From a virus, in IMG/VR virus record IMGVR_UViG_3300035698_009139: a stretch of 64,000 nucleotides of DNA; one strand, written 5' to 3'. The notes beneath the pieces were generated by a model, which did no database searches, was not told the DNA's origin, and worked only from the letters and a program-made list of their open reading frames with translations. Made by a program: the position numbers and the translations under genes. Positions 55,185 through 64,000 of this stretch are shown here, one piece after another; the stretch's first letter is position 1; the number at the start of each line of letters is the position of its first letter.

Positions 55185-56606
55185 ATGAGTATCAATCCGG
55201 ATGGAATGTCCACCCGAGACAGAGAAGAGGCGAGGGTCAAAGATCTGATCCGACGTGTCGCAAAATGGGGGTTTGGAGCCGCGTTCTTCCTGTTCTTCGT
55301 GATGGGATCCTGGTTTACGACCGACGCCGGTTATATCTATGTTGTGCAGGATACGGCCTTTGGCTCGCTGCGCACATACACAACGCCGGGCGTCCGCTTC
55401 AAGGTTCCGTTTTTGACGCAGACCACGGAATACAAGCAAGTCGCAACGATCGGCACCGTTGACAAAAACGACCCGGCCCGTTTCACACGGAATATGCCGC
55501 TCGTCAATGTCCAGTTTGCTGACACGTACACTGGCGACATTCCTGTCACTTTCCGCTTTAAACTGCCGCTCGGCAGAAAGCAGATCCTGCAGATGCATAA
55601 CGAATTCCGGTCTTTCGGAAATCTCGTTGACAGTTTGCTGGTCAAAAATGCGAAGAACGTCACCGTCGTGACGGCAACCCAATACACTGGTGAAGAATTC
55701 TTCCAGGGTGGGGTCAACCAGTATAAGACGCGACTGGAAGATCAGCTTCGTAACGGCCTATATGAGACCAACCGTGAGCAGGTGGAACAGAAGACCACCG
55801 GCTTCGCAGCGGTCTCATCCGAGCAATCGAACGGCAATCTGAAAGAAGAGCAAACGCGGCTCGTCTGGAAGAATGTCATCAAACTGGATGCGAAAGGCAA
55901 AGCGGTTCGCCTGAACAATCCTTTGGATCTGTATGGTATCAATGTCACGCAGGTTACGATCGGCAAGCCAAACCCGGACAAGCGGCTTGATACGCTACTG
56001 GATGATAAACGTCGTCTGGTCGGTAAACGTATCTCCGCTGTTCAGCAGATCGAAACGGCCAAAGCTGAGGCCCGCGCAGTTCAACAGACCGTTGAAATCG
56101 CGAAGCGGAAAGCTATTCAAATCGCCCAGAAAGACAAAGACCTCGCTGTAATCGCCGGTCAGAAACGGGTCGAAGTTGAACAGCAGCAGACGCGACTGGA
56201 ACTTGTCAAGCAGCAGAAAGAAAAGGACGTTGCTGTCATCCAGAAGCTGAAAGAGCAGGAAATTGCACTGGCGAACCGAGGTATTCAGAAAGCTAATGCT
56301 GATGCCGCGATCTTCCAGGCCAGAGCTGTTCTTGCGGTCGGACTTGCAGAAGCGAAGGTTGAGGCTGCAAAGCTGAAAGCGAAGCAGGATGCTGGTCCGG
56401 TGTATATGGCCGAGCTGGCACGTGATAAAGCTCTGTCGCTTCATCGCAATCTGAAGGACTTCCGGGTCCAGATGCCTACCAACTACATCAACCAGGGTGG
56501 AGCTGGTCAAGGTGGACTGAAATCGAATCTGGATGTGCTCAGCGCATTCGGGGCGATCGGGGTCATGGAAGGCATGAAAGAAGCTGCGAAACCAGCAACC
56601 AAGTAA
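55185..56606 (+). CDS. SPFH/Band-7 (flotillin-like) membrane protein
   Basis: N-terminal TM, PGVRFKVPF, long A/E/K/Q coiled coil; AAGGAG RBS. Confidence 0.8.
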   Translation: MSINPDGMSTRDREEARVKDLIRRVAKWGFGAAFFLFFVMGSWFTTDAGYIYVVQDTAFGSLRTYTTPGVRFKVPFLTQTTEYKQVATIGTVDKNDPARFTRNMPLVNVQFADTYTGDIPVTFRFKLPLGRKQILQMHNEFRSFGNLVDSLLVKNAKNVTVVTATQYTGEEFFQGGVNQYKTRLEDQLRNGLYETNREQVEQKTTGFAAVSSEQSNGNLKEEQTRLVWKNVIKLDAKGKAVRLNNPLDLYGINVTQVTIGKPNPDKRLDTLLDDKRRLVGKRISAVQQIETAKAEARAVQQTVEIAKRKAIQIAQKDKDLAVIAGQKRVEVEQQQTRLELVKQQKEKDVAVIQKLKEQEIALANRGIQKANADAAIFQARAVLAVGLAEAKVEAAKLKAKQDAGPVYMAELARDKALSLHRNLKDFRVQMPTNYINQGGAGQGGLKSNLDVLSAFGAIGVMEGMKEAAKPATK

Positions 56607-56622
56607 CGCTGGATAAATCGAT

Positions 56623-56655
56623 AGGGGCCCCCGCTATAGCGGGGGCCCCTTTTTT
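56623..56655 (+). terminator. Rho-independent terminator
   Basis: GGGGCCCCCGC-TATA-GCGGGGGCCCC followed by T6. Confidence 0.9.
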
Positions 56656-56856
56656 ATGGGGAATCATATGCGTGAACAAATTGCTAGAATGCTGTGCGAA
56701 ACGAATGGTATCAATCCGGATGCAGATGGTGTAGGATTAGGAAAATGTATGAAGCTCGGACGACAATACAAACTGTGGGAATTTCAAGCAGAGCAGTATG
56801 TCGATCCAATTCTGAAATATATGAAAGCGCAAGATGAAACGTCTAAAAACATATGA
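56656..56856 (+). CDS. hypothetical protein
   Basis: ORF after terminator. Confidence 0.5.
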   Translation: MGNHMREQIARMLCETNGINPDADGVGLGKCMKLGRQYKLWEFQAEQYVDPILKYMKAQDETSKNI

Positions 56857-57113
56857 TGAGATGGCCACGATGATCGGTGAAGTGGGCGGCATTGCGACCA
56901 TGGTTGTGGGCGTTTTCGCGGGTGTTGGATGGCTCATATTGACGTTTGAGATGCTGATCTATATATTGCCGCCAGAAACAACATCACCGCCATGGTCCCT
57001 TACTGTCACGCAAGCAAATTTATACGGGACAATTGTATTGGGGATTAATGGCAGCAGCGTTCTTCGCTTTCTGCATATACCGAGCGATTACGACGGAGGC
57101 AGAGGATGTTTGA
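56834..57113 (+). pseudogene. two-TM membrane protein with frameshift in a G4 run
   Basis: Shifted frame gives LMAAAFFAFCIYRAITTEAEDV*, matching the paralog at 57106. Confidence 0.55.
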
Positions 57114-57378
57114 AGGTTGTCGAATTCGGACGTCATCCGAAATAGCGAATGTGTTACGCGGCGTTTGGTTCCCGGTTATATCCATCTGCTCTATCGCATT
57201 CATAGCCGTGTGGTCGCTTGCATTGCTGATATATATGGCTGGGCCGGATCAAAGACCCGCTCCGTTTTGGTTAACGGCAGAGCAAGCTTATTTATGCGGA
57301 ACAATTACATTCGCGATTGAGGGTGTCCTATTAGCCATCTTCATACTTTACAAAACAATAGTAACGGAAAGGGACTAA
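57106..57378 (+). CDS. two-TM membrane protein
   Basis: LLIY...LT..QA.L.GTI shared with the 56834 gene. Confidence 0.6.
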   Translation: MFEGCRIRTSSEIANVLRGVWFPVISICSIAFIAVWSLALLIYMAGPDQRPAPFWLTAEQAYLCGTITFAIEGVLLAIFILYKTIVTERD

Positions 57379-57379
57379 C

Positions 57380-57880
57380 ATGTACGACATAATTTGCGAC
57401 ATCGACGGAACAATTGCCGATATCGGACACCGTCTGCACCACATCGAAAACAAGCCGACCAACTGGCCCGAGTTTAACAAACTATGCGTTGACGACGCAC
57501 CAATTTGGCCAACAATCAAAACAGTTGGTGCTATGTGGCGCATGGGTGCTCGTATCATCATGGTCTCGGCGCGCAAAGAGCATCAGCGTGATATAACCGG
57601 CAACTGGATGGAGACATTTGGGATGCATGATGTCAACGATTCATACGCTGAGCCCGCAATGTTCAAACCGGCCATAAAGTTTCTGTACGAGCGGATGTAT
57701 ATGCGGCCGGACGATAACAATCAGAAGGACGATGAGTTCAAATCGGACACCCTTGTGGATATCATTGCAGACGGTTACCGCCCATCTGTTGTGTTCGATG
57801 ATCGGACCGGCGTAGTTAAGATGTGGCGGGCAAAAGGCCTGTTCGTGTTCGACACAAACCAATCTGGAAAGGAATATTGA
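57380..57880 (+). CDS. HAD-family PNK 3'-phosphatase-like protein
   Basis: DIDGTIAD, VSAR, MRP.D...D..FK, FDDR..VV.MWR. Confidence 0.8.
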   Translation: MYDIICDIDGTIADIGHRLHHIENKPTNWPEFNKLCVDDAPIWPTIKTVGAMWRMGARIIMVSARKEHQRDITGNWMETFGMHDVNDSYAEPAMFKPAIKFLYERMYMRPDDNNQKDDEFKSDTLVDIIADGYRPSVVFDDRTGVVKMWRAKGLFVFDTNQSGKEY

Positions 57881-57881
57881 T

Positions 57882-58127
57882 ATGATCGAGTTTACATCGT
57901 TGCACGGCCGCAAGCCGGTACTGTTTACTGATCCACGTGACATCAGCCTGGTACGGCAAGATCCCGTCTCGGGCAGCACAGTGATTTTGTTCACTCCGAT
58001 CAGCGGGGCCCGGGAGGAAATCGAAGTCTTCCAGTCATACACCGTGGTTCGAACAGCCATACAGGAATGGCACCGGCAAGCACATGGCGGTGAAGTGGTG
58101 ACGATCAATATTCCGGAAGACGACTGA
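57882..58127 (+). CDS. hypothetical protein
   Basis: AAGGA RBS. Confidence 0.5.
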   Translation: MIEFTSLHGRKPVLFTDPRDISLVRQDPVSGSTVILFTPISGAREEIEVFQSYTVVRTAIQEWHRQAHGGEVVTINIPEDD

Positions 58128-58249
58128 TGGCTGTTGCATCAAGTAGAGCAAAGATTAATAGTTGTCATTTGATTGATGAATGATATATAATAGTTATAAT
58201 AGTATCGATGACAGACATCGGTAATCATAACCAGTAAGGGAGTCTTACT

Positions 58250-59299
58250 ATGCCAACCAAGCAATACAGCACGCTCGTATTCATCGGGCGCTTTCAACCT
58301 TTCCACTACGGACATGCACGAGTCGTTGAACGAGCACGAGAGCTCGCCGATAATGTACTGATCCTGGTCGGGTCTTCTAACAGATCCCGGTCGATGCGGA
58401 ACCCCTGGACATTCAAAGAACGCCGCGAGATGATTCGCAACACTTACCCTGGTGATGATCTTACGATCGCCCCGTTGGATGACGTCATGTATAATGACGA
58501 GCGATGGTGCGAGCATGTTCAATCAGTCGTTCAAGAAAACCTTCTGGAAATTGCCAATCGCGGCGCGCCAGGACTATCGCTGTCCGGCATGCGCGACATC
58601 AAGTTCGCGCTGATCGGCTGCGAGAAAGACGGCACCAGTTACTATCTGAAAAAGTTCCCAACATGGGACAGCGAGAGCGTTCATTTCCTCAACCCGATCA
58701 ATGCAACAGATGTTCGCCACGCATTCTTCAAAGGCAACGTCGAGGACTGGACCACGGCCGTCCCCCTTGCCGTCAAAGAATACCTGGACGAGTTCTATCT
58801 GTCCGAGGAGTTCATACAACTGCATTGGGAGCAGGACTTCGTTTCCAACTACCAATACAATGTCGCAAAATATCCTCGGATCGAGCACACAGTCGATGCA
58901 GTTGTTATCCAGTCCGGCCACGTGCTGCTGATACGCCGCCGCGCAGAGCCTGGTAAAGGTATGTGGGCGATGCCCGGCGGTTTCCTCAACCAGTACGAAA
59001 CGATGTTCGATGGGGCAATCCGTGAGCTTCGGGAAGAAACCAAGATTCGTGTGCCGGAAGCTGTGCTCCGTGGAAGCGTCGTGGCATCAAAACCATATGA
59101 CGACCCGCATCGGTCAGATCGCGGCCGCCTGATTACGCAGGCGTATCTGATCCACTTGGCAGAAACTGAAGAGCTGCCGAAGGTACGAGGCGCCGACGAT
59201 GCAGACAAAGCAAAATGGGTTCCGTTGAGCGAGCTGTCCGCAGTCAATATGTTCGAAGATCACTACTTTATTATTCAAGACCTTTTGGGAGACGTGTGA
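58250..59299 (+). CDS. nadM: bifunctional NMN adenylyltransferase / Nudix ADP-ribose pyrophosphatase
   Basis: IGRFQPFHYGH; GGFL...AIRELREET Nudix box; FEDH. Confidence 0.93.
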   Translation: MPTKQYSTLVFIGRFQPFHYGHARVVERARELADNVLILVGSSNRSRSMRNPWTFKERREMIRNTYPGDDLTIAPLDDVMYNDERWCEHVQSVVQENLLEIANRGAPGLSLSGMRDIKFALIGCEKDGTSYYLKKFPTWDSESVHFLNPINATDVRHAFFKGNVEDWTTAVPLAVKEYLDEFYLSEEFIQLHWEQDFVSNYQYNVAKYPRIEHTVDAVVIQSGHVLLIRRRAEPGKGMWAMPGGFLNQYETMFDGAIRELREETKIRVPEAVLRGSVVASKPYDDPHRSDRGRLITQAYLIHLAETEELPKVRGADDADKAKWVPLSELSAVNMFEDHYFIIQDLLGDV

Positions 59300-60729
59300 T
59301 GAACGACAATCTACTTCTGATGACGGATAGCTACAAAGCTAGCCATCACTTGCAATACCCGCCGGGCACTCTGTTCGTAAGCTCGTACATCGAGAGCCGC
59401 GGCGGCAAATGGGACAAAGCTGTATTCTTCGGCCTGCAGATGTTCATTGATCAGTACTTGACCAAGCCGATTACTGTTTCAGACATCGACGAAGCGGAAG
59501 CTGTTTGGGAGTTGCACGGAGAGCCGTTTAACCGAGCGAACTGGATGCACATCATTGATCAACATGATGGATATCTGCCGATCAGTATCCAGGCCGTACC
59601 AGAAGGCACATTGGTCGAAAACCACAATGTGTTGGTGCAAGTGGTTAACACAGACCCACATGTACCCTGGCTGACTAGCTTCTTGGAAACGATTCTGCTA
59701 CGTGCAGTGTGGTATCCGACGACCGTAGCAACTAACAGCTACGCTTGCAAGCAGGTGATTTGGGATGCACTGGTTAAGACAGGTGGCATCGCACCGGCCG
59801 AAGAGATCGGTTTCAAAATGCATGACTTTGGTGCAAGAGGCGTCAGCAGCCACGAGAGCGCCGCAATTGGTGGGGCCGCGCATTTGGTCAACTTCATGGG
59901 CACTGACACGATCGAAGGCGTTATGGCTGCTCGTAAATATTATGGTGCTGAAATGGCTGGTTTCTCGGTCCCTGCATCAGAGCATGCCACGATTACTAGC
60001 TGGTCCAGATCTGGTGAAGTCGACGCGTACAGAAATATGCTCGACATGTTTGCAAAGCCCGGCCGGGTGGTCGCATGTGTGTCGGACTCGTATGATATCT
60101 ACCACACATGCGAGCATCACTGGGGCGGCATTTTGAAGCAGAAGATCATTGACAGCGGTGCGACACTCGTTGTACGACCCGACAGCGGTGATCCTGTTGA
60201 GGTACCGATCAAATGTATCGAAATCCTAATGGAGCAGTTCGGATACGAGTGGAACAGCAAGGGGTATCGAGTGCTACCAGCATGCATCCGCGTCATTCAA
60301 GGTGATGGAATAACTGTTGACACTGTTAAGGTTATACTGGATACTATGGAGGCCCGCGGACTGAGCGCAAGTAACATCGGTTTCGGTCAGGGTGGAGGAC
60401 TGCTACAGATGGTTGATCGTGACACGCTAAAGTTTGCAATGAAGTGTAGCGCTATCAAAATTGCTATTGGTGGTGTGATGAGTACAGATGAAATCTCGGC
60501 TGGATACTGGCGCGACGTCCACAAGGATCCTATAACGGATACCGGCAAACGAAGCAAACGTGGCCGCCTAGCATTAATCAAGGATGCAGATGGGTCATAC
60601 GTGACGGTTGGTGGCTGGGAGTGCGGCTACGAGGAAAATGAACTACGGGAAGTGTTCCGCGACGGCCAAGCACTGATATACCAGAATTTTGATGAAATTC
60701 GAAAACGAGCAAATGAGGAGTTTGTATAA
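59299..60729 (+). CDS. nadV: nicotinamide phosphoribosyltransferase (NAMPT)
   Basis: TDSYKASH, HDFGARG, VPASEH, VSDSYD, RPDSGDP, IQGDG, KDPITD..KRSKRG. Confidence 0.95.
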   Translation: MNDNLLLMTDSYKASHHLQYPPGTLFVSSYIESRGGKWDKAVFFGLQMFIDQYLTKPITVSDIDEAEAVWELHGEPFNRANWMHIIDQHDGYLPISIQAVPEGTLVENHNVLVQVVNTDPHVPWLTSFLETILLRAVWYPTTVATNSYACKQVIWDALVKTGGIAPAEEIGFKMHDFGARGVSSHESAAIGGAAHLVNFMGTDTIEGVMAARKYYGAEMAGFSVPASEHATITSWSRSGEVDAYRNMLDMFAKPGRVVACVSDSYDIYHTCEHHWGGILKQKIIDSGATLVVRPDSGDPVEVPIKCIEILMEQFGYEWNSKGYRVLPACIRVIQGDGITVDTVKVILDTMEARGLSASNIGFGQGGGLLQMVDRDTLKFAMKCSAIKIAIGGVMSTDEISAGYWRDVHKDPITDTGKRSKRGRLALIKDADGSYVTVGGWECGYEENELREVFRDGQALIYQNFDEIRKRANEEFV

Positions 60730-61052
60730 TGGATGTTAAGATGAAGAAGGCAACTGCCAAGGCTCTTGAGCTATCGATCACGCATTGGGAAGAAAACGTC
60801 CGAACACATCCGCAGGATGTCAGCCTCAGCGCAGACAAATGTGCTTTATGTGACTTGTTTTGGGGCATCCAATGCATTGGATGCCCGGTCATGGAATCTA
60901 CTGGGCGTGAACGGTGCGGCGGATCACCGTATCAAGATACTCCCCGTGCGCTTCTCCTGGCCCGCCGCGGAGATTACGACCGGCACGGGACTACTTGGAG
61001 AGAGGCCGCTACTAAGGAACTGAACTTCTTGAAAGGGCTGCGTGATGTATAA
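60729..61052 (+). CDS. Cys-rich hypothetical protein (paralog 1)
   Basis: LELSITHWE, CALC, C.GCPV, ELNFLKGL. Confidence 0.65.
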   Translation: MDVKMKKATAKALELSITHWEENVRTHPQDVSLSADKCALCDLFWGIQCIGCPVMESTGRERCGGSPYQDTPRALLLARRGDYDRHGTTWREAATKELNFLKGLRDV

Positions 61053-61386
61053 GTTGAGCCCAGAAGCCGCCAAAACCCTTGAGCTGTCGATCGCCCACTG
61101 GGAAGCAAATGTGGCAGCAGAAGAGCCAAAGGATGCTTCAATAGACTCGGCTGATTGTGCTCTATGTGTTGTATACGCTCGTGGTGGGTGTGGTGGGTGT
61201 CCTGTAAAAGAAACAGTTAATGCCTCATGTTGTGAGCTGACCCCTTACGACGCAGCTTTCCAGGCCTGGGATAATTGGGCTATCAGAGGGGTACCTGGTG
61301 TCCGTCGCGAAGAGCTCAAGGCTATATGGACCAAAGCAGCACAAGCTGAGCTGGACTTCTTGAAAGGACTGCGCAATGGTGTATAG
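61045..61386 (+). CDS. Cys-rich hypothetical protein (paralog 2)
   Basis: LELSIAHWE, CALC, C.GCPV, ELDFLKGL. Confidence 0.65.
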   Translation: MYKLSPEAAKTLELSIAHWEANVAAEEPKDASIDSADCALCVVYARGGCGGCPVKETVNASCCELTPYDAAFQAWDNWAIRGVPGVRREELKAIWTKAAQAELDFLKGLRNGV

Positions 61387-61693
61387 AGAGATTCGGGAAG
61401 GTGACGACCCGAACAAAGGCCGTTTTGGTGGTTGCTGTAACCGCCGCGGATGCATGGTGAAACACAGTGAGGTGACACCCGTAACGTGGTACAACCATGG
61501 CACCGGATCATACTATTGCCCGCGCTGCGCCCGGCTTCTGAACGGATCCAATGTGTTGGATCATACAATGCAGACGTATTATGGTTCTCACGCCATCTGC
61601 TCCTTATCGACACCGGAACAGGTGATGACCGGCCCAAACAATCACGGCCAATCCGTAACAGATTTACATAGGTCAGACCATGAAATCGTATGA
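61376..61693 (+). CDS. zinc-binding hypothetical protein
   Basis: CNRRGC...YYCPRCA. Confidence 0.6.
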   Translation: MVYREIREGDDPNKGRFGGCCNRRGCMVKHSEVTPVTWYNHGTGSYYCPRCARLLNGSNVLDHTMQTYYGSHAICSLSTPEQVMTGPNNHGQSVTDLHRSDHEIV

Positions 61694-62060
61694 TGAAATA
61701 TGCAAGGTAGTTGAAGACTGCCGATTCAACGATTGGCGATTCAAAGTCGTCAATCAGCCCAGCAAAATGTATCTGCAGGTTGTTGCTCCAGGTGACACAT
61801 GCAACGTCACCGGCAACACCATGCCATGGCAGGGCCGCAAGTGGTTTATATCGATCCATATGACGACGACGGAGCTGGTACAGACGGCATTCAAAGCGGT
61901 ACAGACAGCGATGGAGCACGAGCTACGAGAGCAGTTCACATACAAGCAGGCAATGATCTTCGGCCCTCACTGGGACGTTGATCACCTCGCGGACTCGCTG
62001 AACGCGAAGCCTTCGCTGGGCGAAGATGCCCGCGCCACTATTGTTGACCTCAGCGCATAG
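61680..62060 (+). CDS. conserved phage hypothetical protein
   Basis: GRKW.IS.HMT..ELVQTAFKA...EHELREQF...IFGPH. Confidence 0.7.
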   Translation: MKSYDEICKVVEDCRFNDWRFKVVNQPSKMYLQVVAPGDTCNVTGNTMPWQGRKWFISIHMTTTELVQTAFKAVQTAMEHELREQFTYKQAMIFGPHWDVDHLADSLNAKPSLGEDARATIVDLSA

Positions 62061-62072
62061 GTAGCGTATAAT
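62044..62072 (+). promoter_or_regulatory. sigma70-type early promoter
   Basis: gTTGACC-N17-TATAAT. Confidence 0.65.
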
Positions 62073-62104
62073 GGATTCCAGACGATTGAATAGGATTAGA
62101 CACC

Positions 62105-62449
62105 GTGCTAACTGAGCTAGATGAAGTTGAGCAGATTCTCCGCAGGTTCGGCGTGACATGGAAAAACATCTGGGACGATCCAGAAGTGATCGAACGAGAC
62201 ACGGGTGCTCCAGGAGCCAGCGAGTTGCCATTTGAACTATATTCATATTTCTGTAACACAGGAGATATGCCATATGGTACAATGAAGGCGCGAGATGGCG
62301 ACCCCACTGAGTGGGTAGCAGATCGGATGTTCGAAATGACCATGGAAGCGCTTGGTTACAAAATGAAGACGACATCTGGGCCTCCCCGCGCCTTCGGACC
62401 ACCGCACTCGGTAGAATTCATTGACAAAAATGGTAACATAGTATTGTGA
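62105..62449 (+). CDS. conserved phage hypothetical protein
   Basis: GDMPYGTMKARDGDP.EW. Confidence 0.65.
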   Translation: MLTELDEVEQILRRFGVTWKNIWDDPEVIERDTGAPGASELPFELYSYFCNTGDMPYGTMKARDGDPTEWVADRMFEMTMEALGYKMKTTSGPPRAFGPPHSVEFIDKNGNIVL

Positions 62450-62617
62450 CTCAGGGCAAAACACCCAAGGCAGCAAATAAAGCCATTGATAATCGAAAAA
62501 TACGTCATGCTGAAAAGCAAAGCACTACGCAGCCTACCAAAGATAAAATGATGGGCAAAGCAGCGCGGCGCGGGTATGGCGGCGGAAAAGCTTCATAACT
62601 AAGGAACTGAATACATT

Positions 62618-62851
62618 ATGGGTAAGAAGAAATCTCGGGCACACTCGGTGTCCAAAGGCGAGCGCCGAAATGTCGTTAATGGACTCGCTGGCCAGACGTC
62701 CGATATTGACCGGATGATGAATAAGCTGTCCGCCTGGAAGAAAGGCAAGCCTGTTACCGTACTCGATGCAGAGGGTAAAAAAGGGCCCGCAAATCTTATA
62801 TGGGGCCGCCCCGGCAAAGCTAATGTGATGAGCGATCGTGGCAAAGGCTAG
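62618..62851 (+). CDS. basic hypothetical protein
   Basis: MGKKKSR...SKGERRNV...AWKKGK. Confidence 0.6.
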   Translation: MGKKKSRAHSVSKGERRNVVNGLAGQTSDIDRMMNKLSAWKKGKPVTVLDAEGKKGPANLIWGRPGKANVMSDRGKG

Positions 62852-62982
62852 GGGAGCATTCGCACGATGGATCCGAAAGAAGCTCGGACCTTCATGGCGT
62901 AACTATCCTAACTGCGTCGGCTTCGCTGCAGAGACGGATATATATCTAACACAACGCAGGAAAGGCAGCACAGTGGCTGTAA

Positions 62983-63237
62983 ATGAAAATGGAAAATGAT
63001 TTAATCGACCTACTTCACAAAGGCGAGGTGCTGGTCCGCTTCAAGAAAGCTGACGACACTATCCGATCAATGCGGTGCACGCTGCAACAGAGTCGGCTAC
63101 CTCCGATAACGGAGAAGGCAGATCCAGTCGTTAAGCGGGCCCCAGTTCCTGGCAAGGTGACGGCGTTTGATTTGGACATCAACGCGTGGCGAGCTTTTCG
63201 CGTTGAACGGATTATAGACTTCAAGGTATGGGAATAA
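62983..63237 (+). CDS. WYL_2/SH3-like protein
   Basis: VRFKKAD..RSMRCTL, FDLD..AWRAFR. Confidence 0.75.
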   Translation: MKMENDLIDLLHKGEVLVRFKKADDTIRSMRCTLQQSRLPPITEKADPVVKRAPVPGKVTAFDLDINAWRAFRVERIIDFKVWE

Positions 63238-63238
63238 T

Positions 63239-64000
63239 ATGCCACTAACGATTCTTGACGATGCAGCCGACGCCAACTTCCAAGCTGTAGACGAGCTGCC
63301 AAGAAGCCCCGCAGCAGGTGGGACTGAGTTGATGATGGCCGGATTGAAACGAAATGTTGATCCCATTCTTCTGGATCAGTTTCAGATCATTCCTTCTCGC
63401 GTCAAAGAACTTGATGGCCGCCCTGCTGTACTGTGGTTGCATGATCTGTATAATGACCCTGAATCAGCACATTTGCAGGATGAGTTGTCGAGGTCATTGC
63501 GATTTGCAAAATTGATATTCGTCAGCTATTGGCAGATGCAATCATTCCAGATGGCTTACAATATCAGGCCGTCCGAATGCCTGGTGTTGCAAAACGCTGT
63601 CGACCCAATCGAGTTCGTCGAGAAGGATAAGGACCAGGTCAATCTGATCTACCACACGACCCCACATCGCGGCCTGGAGATACTCGTTCCAGTGTTTGAA
63701 AAGCTGACGGAGACGTTCTCCAATATCCATTTGGACGTGTACAGCAGCTTTAATGCGTATGGGTGGGGTGAGCGTGACAAGCCCTACGAAGAACTTTTCG
63801 AGCGATGCAAATCTCACCCACAAATCACGTATCACGGCTTCCAGCCAAATGATGTGATTCGTACTGCGCTGCAGAAAGCTCACATCTTTGCCTACCCCAG
63901 TATATGGCAGGAAACGTCGTGCATATCAGCCATCGAAGCAATGAGTGCTGGGTGTGAGGTTGTATGCTCCTCTTTAGCAGCTTTACCCGAGACGACCGCT
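63239..64000 (+). CDS. GT-B (GT4-like) glycosyltransferase, truncated by window end
   Basis: GGTE, LWLHD, YHTTPHRGL, FAYPSIWQETSCISAIEAM; no stop before 64000. Confidence 0.85.
   Translation, partial: MPLTILDDAADANFQAVDELPRSPAAGGTELMMAGLKRNVDPILLDQFQIIPSRVKELDGRPAVLWLHDLYNDPESAHLQDELSRSLRFAKLIFVSYWQMQSFQMAYNIRPSECLVLQNAVDPIEFVEKDKDQVNLIYHTTPHRGLEILVPVFEKLTETFSNIHLDVYSSFNAYGWGERDKPYEELFERCKSHPQITYHGFQPNDVIRTALQKAHIFAYPSIWQETSCISAIEAMSAGCEVVCSSLAALPETTA

Noticed and set aside
121-63883. Minus-strand ORFs in the six-frame track
   Set aside because: All are antisense shadows of well-supported + strand genes or RNAs and show no motifs
1-64000. CRISPR array
   Set aside because: No regularly spaced repeats; recurring GGTTCGA motifs are T loops

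Overview
A 64-kb segment of a lytic T4-like (Tevenvirinae/Kyanoviridae-style) myophage; all credible genes are on the + strand. The host is probably an alphaproteobacterium (tRNA-His has A73 and no G-1). Layout: (1) 1-10 kb, replication core: gp45, gp44, gp62, regA, gp43, uvsX, gp40, gp41. (2) 10.5-19.9 kb, late genes behind TATAAATA promoters: cytidyltransferase polyprotein, head internal proteins, virion proteins, GH108 endolysin and holin. (3) 19.9-27.5 kb, primase and nucleotide metabolism (thyX, nrdA/nrdB, dCMP deaminase), with two small genes that look like fragments of capsid protein gp23. (4) 27.5-34.8 kb, a sugar cluster resembling a complete GDP-L-colitose pathway plus transferases. 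(5) DNA ligase. (6) 38-54 kb, an RNA island: about 33 tRNA genes covering all 20 amino acids, a roughly 1-kb GOLLD-like RNA, and at least ten rewired tRNA mimics (circularly permuted with sealed acceptor ends, D-armless with a transplanted D-loop, anticodon-less, or with expanded anticodon arms), mixed with Pth2, HNH, HD, phosphatase and NADAR genes. (7) 55-64 kb, SPFH protein, PNK-type phosphatase, NadM-Nudix plus NAMPT (NAD+ reconstitution), and a partial glycosyltransferase. The best candidate for an undescribed system is the repertoire of tRNA-mimic ncRNAs. All RNA structures were folded by eye and protein calls rest on recalled motifs; no database searches were run.
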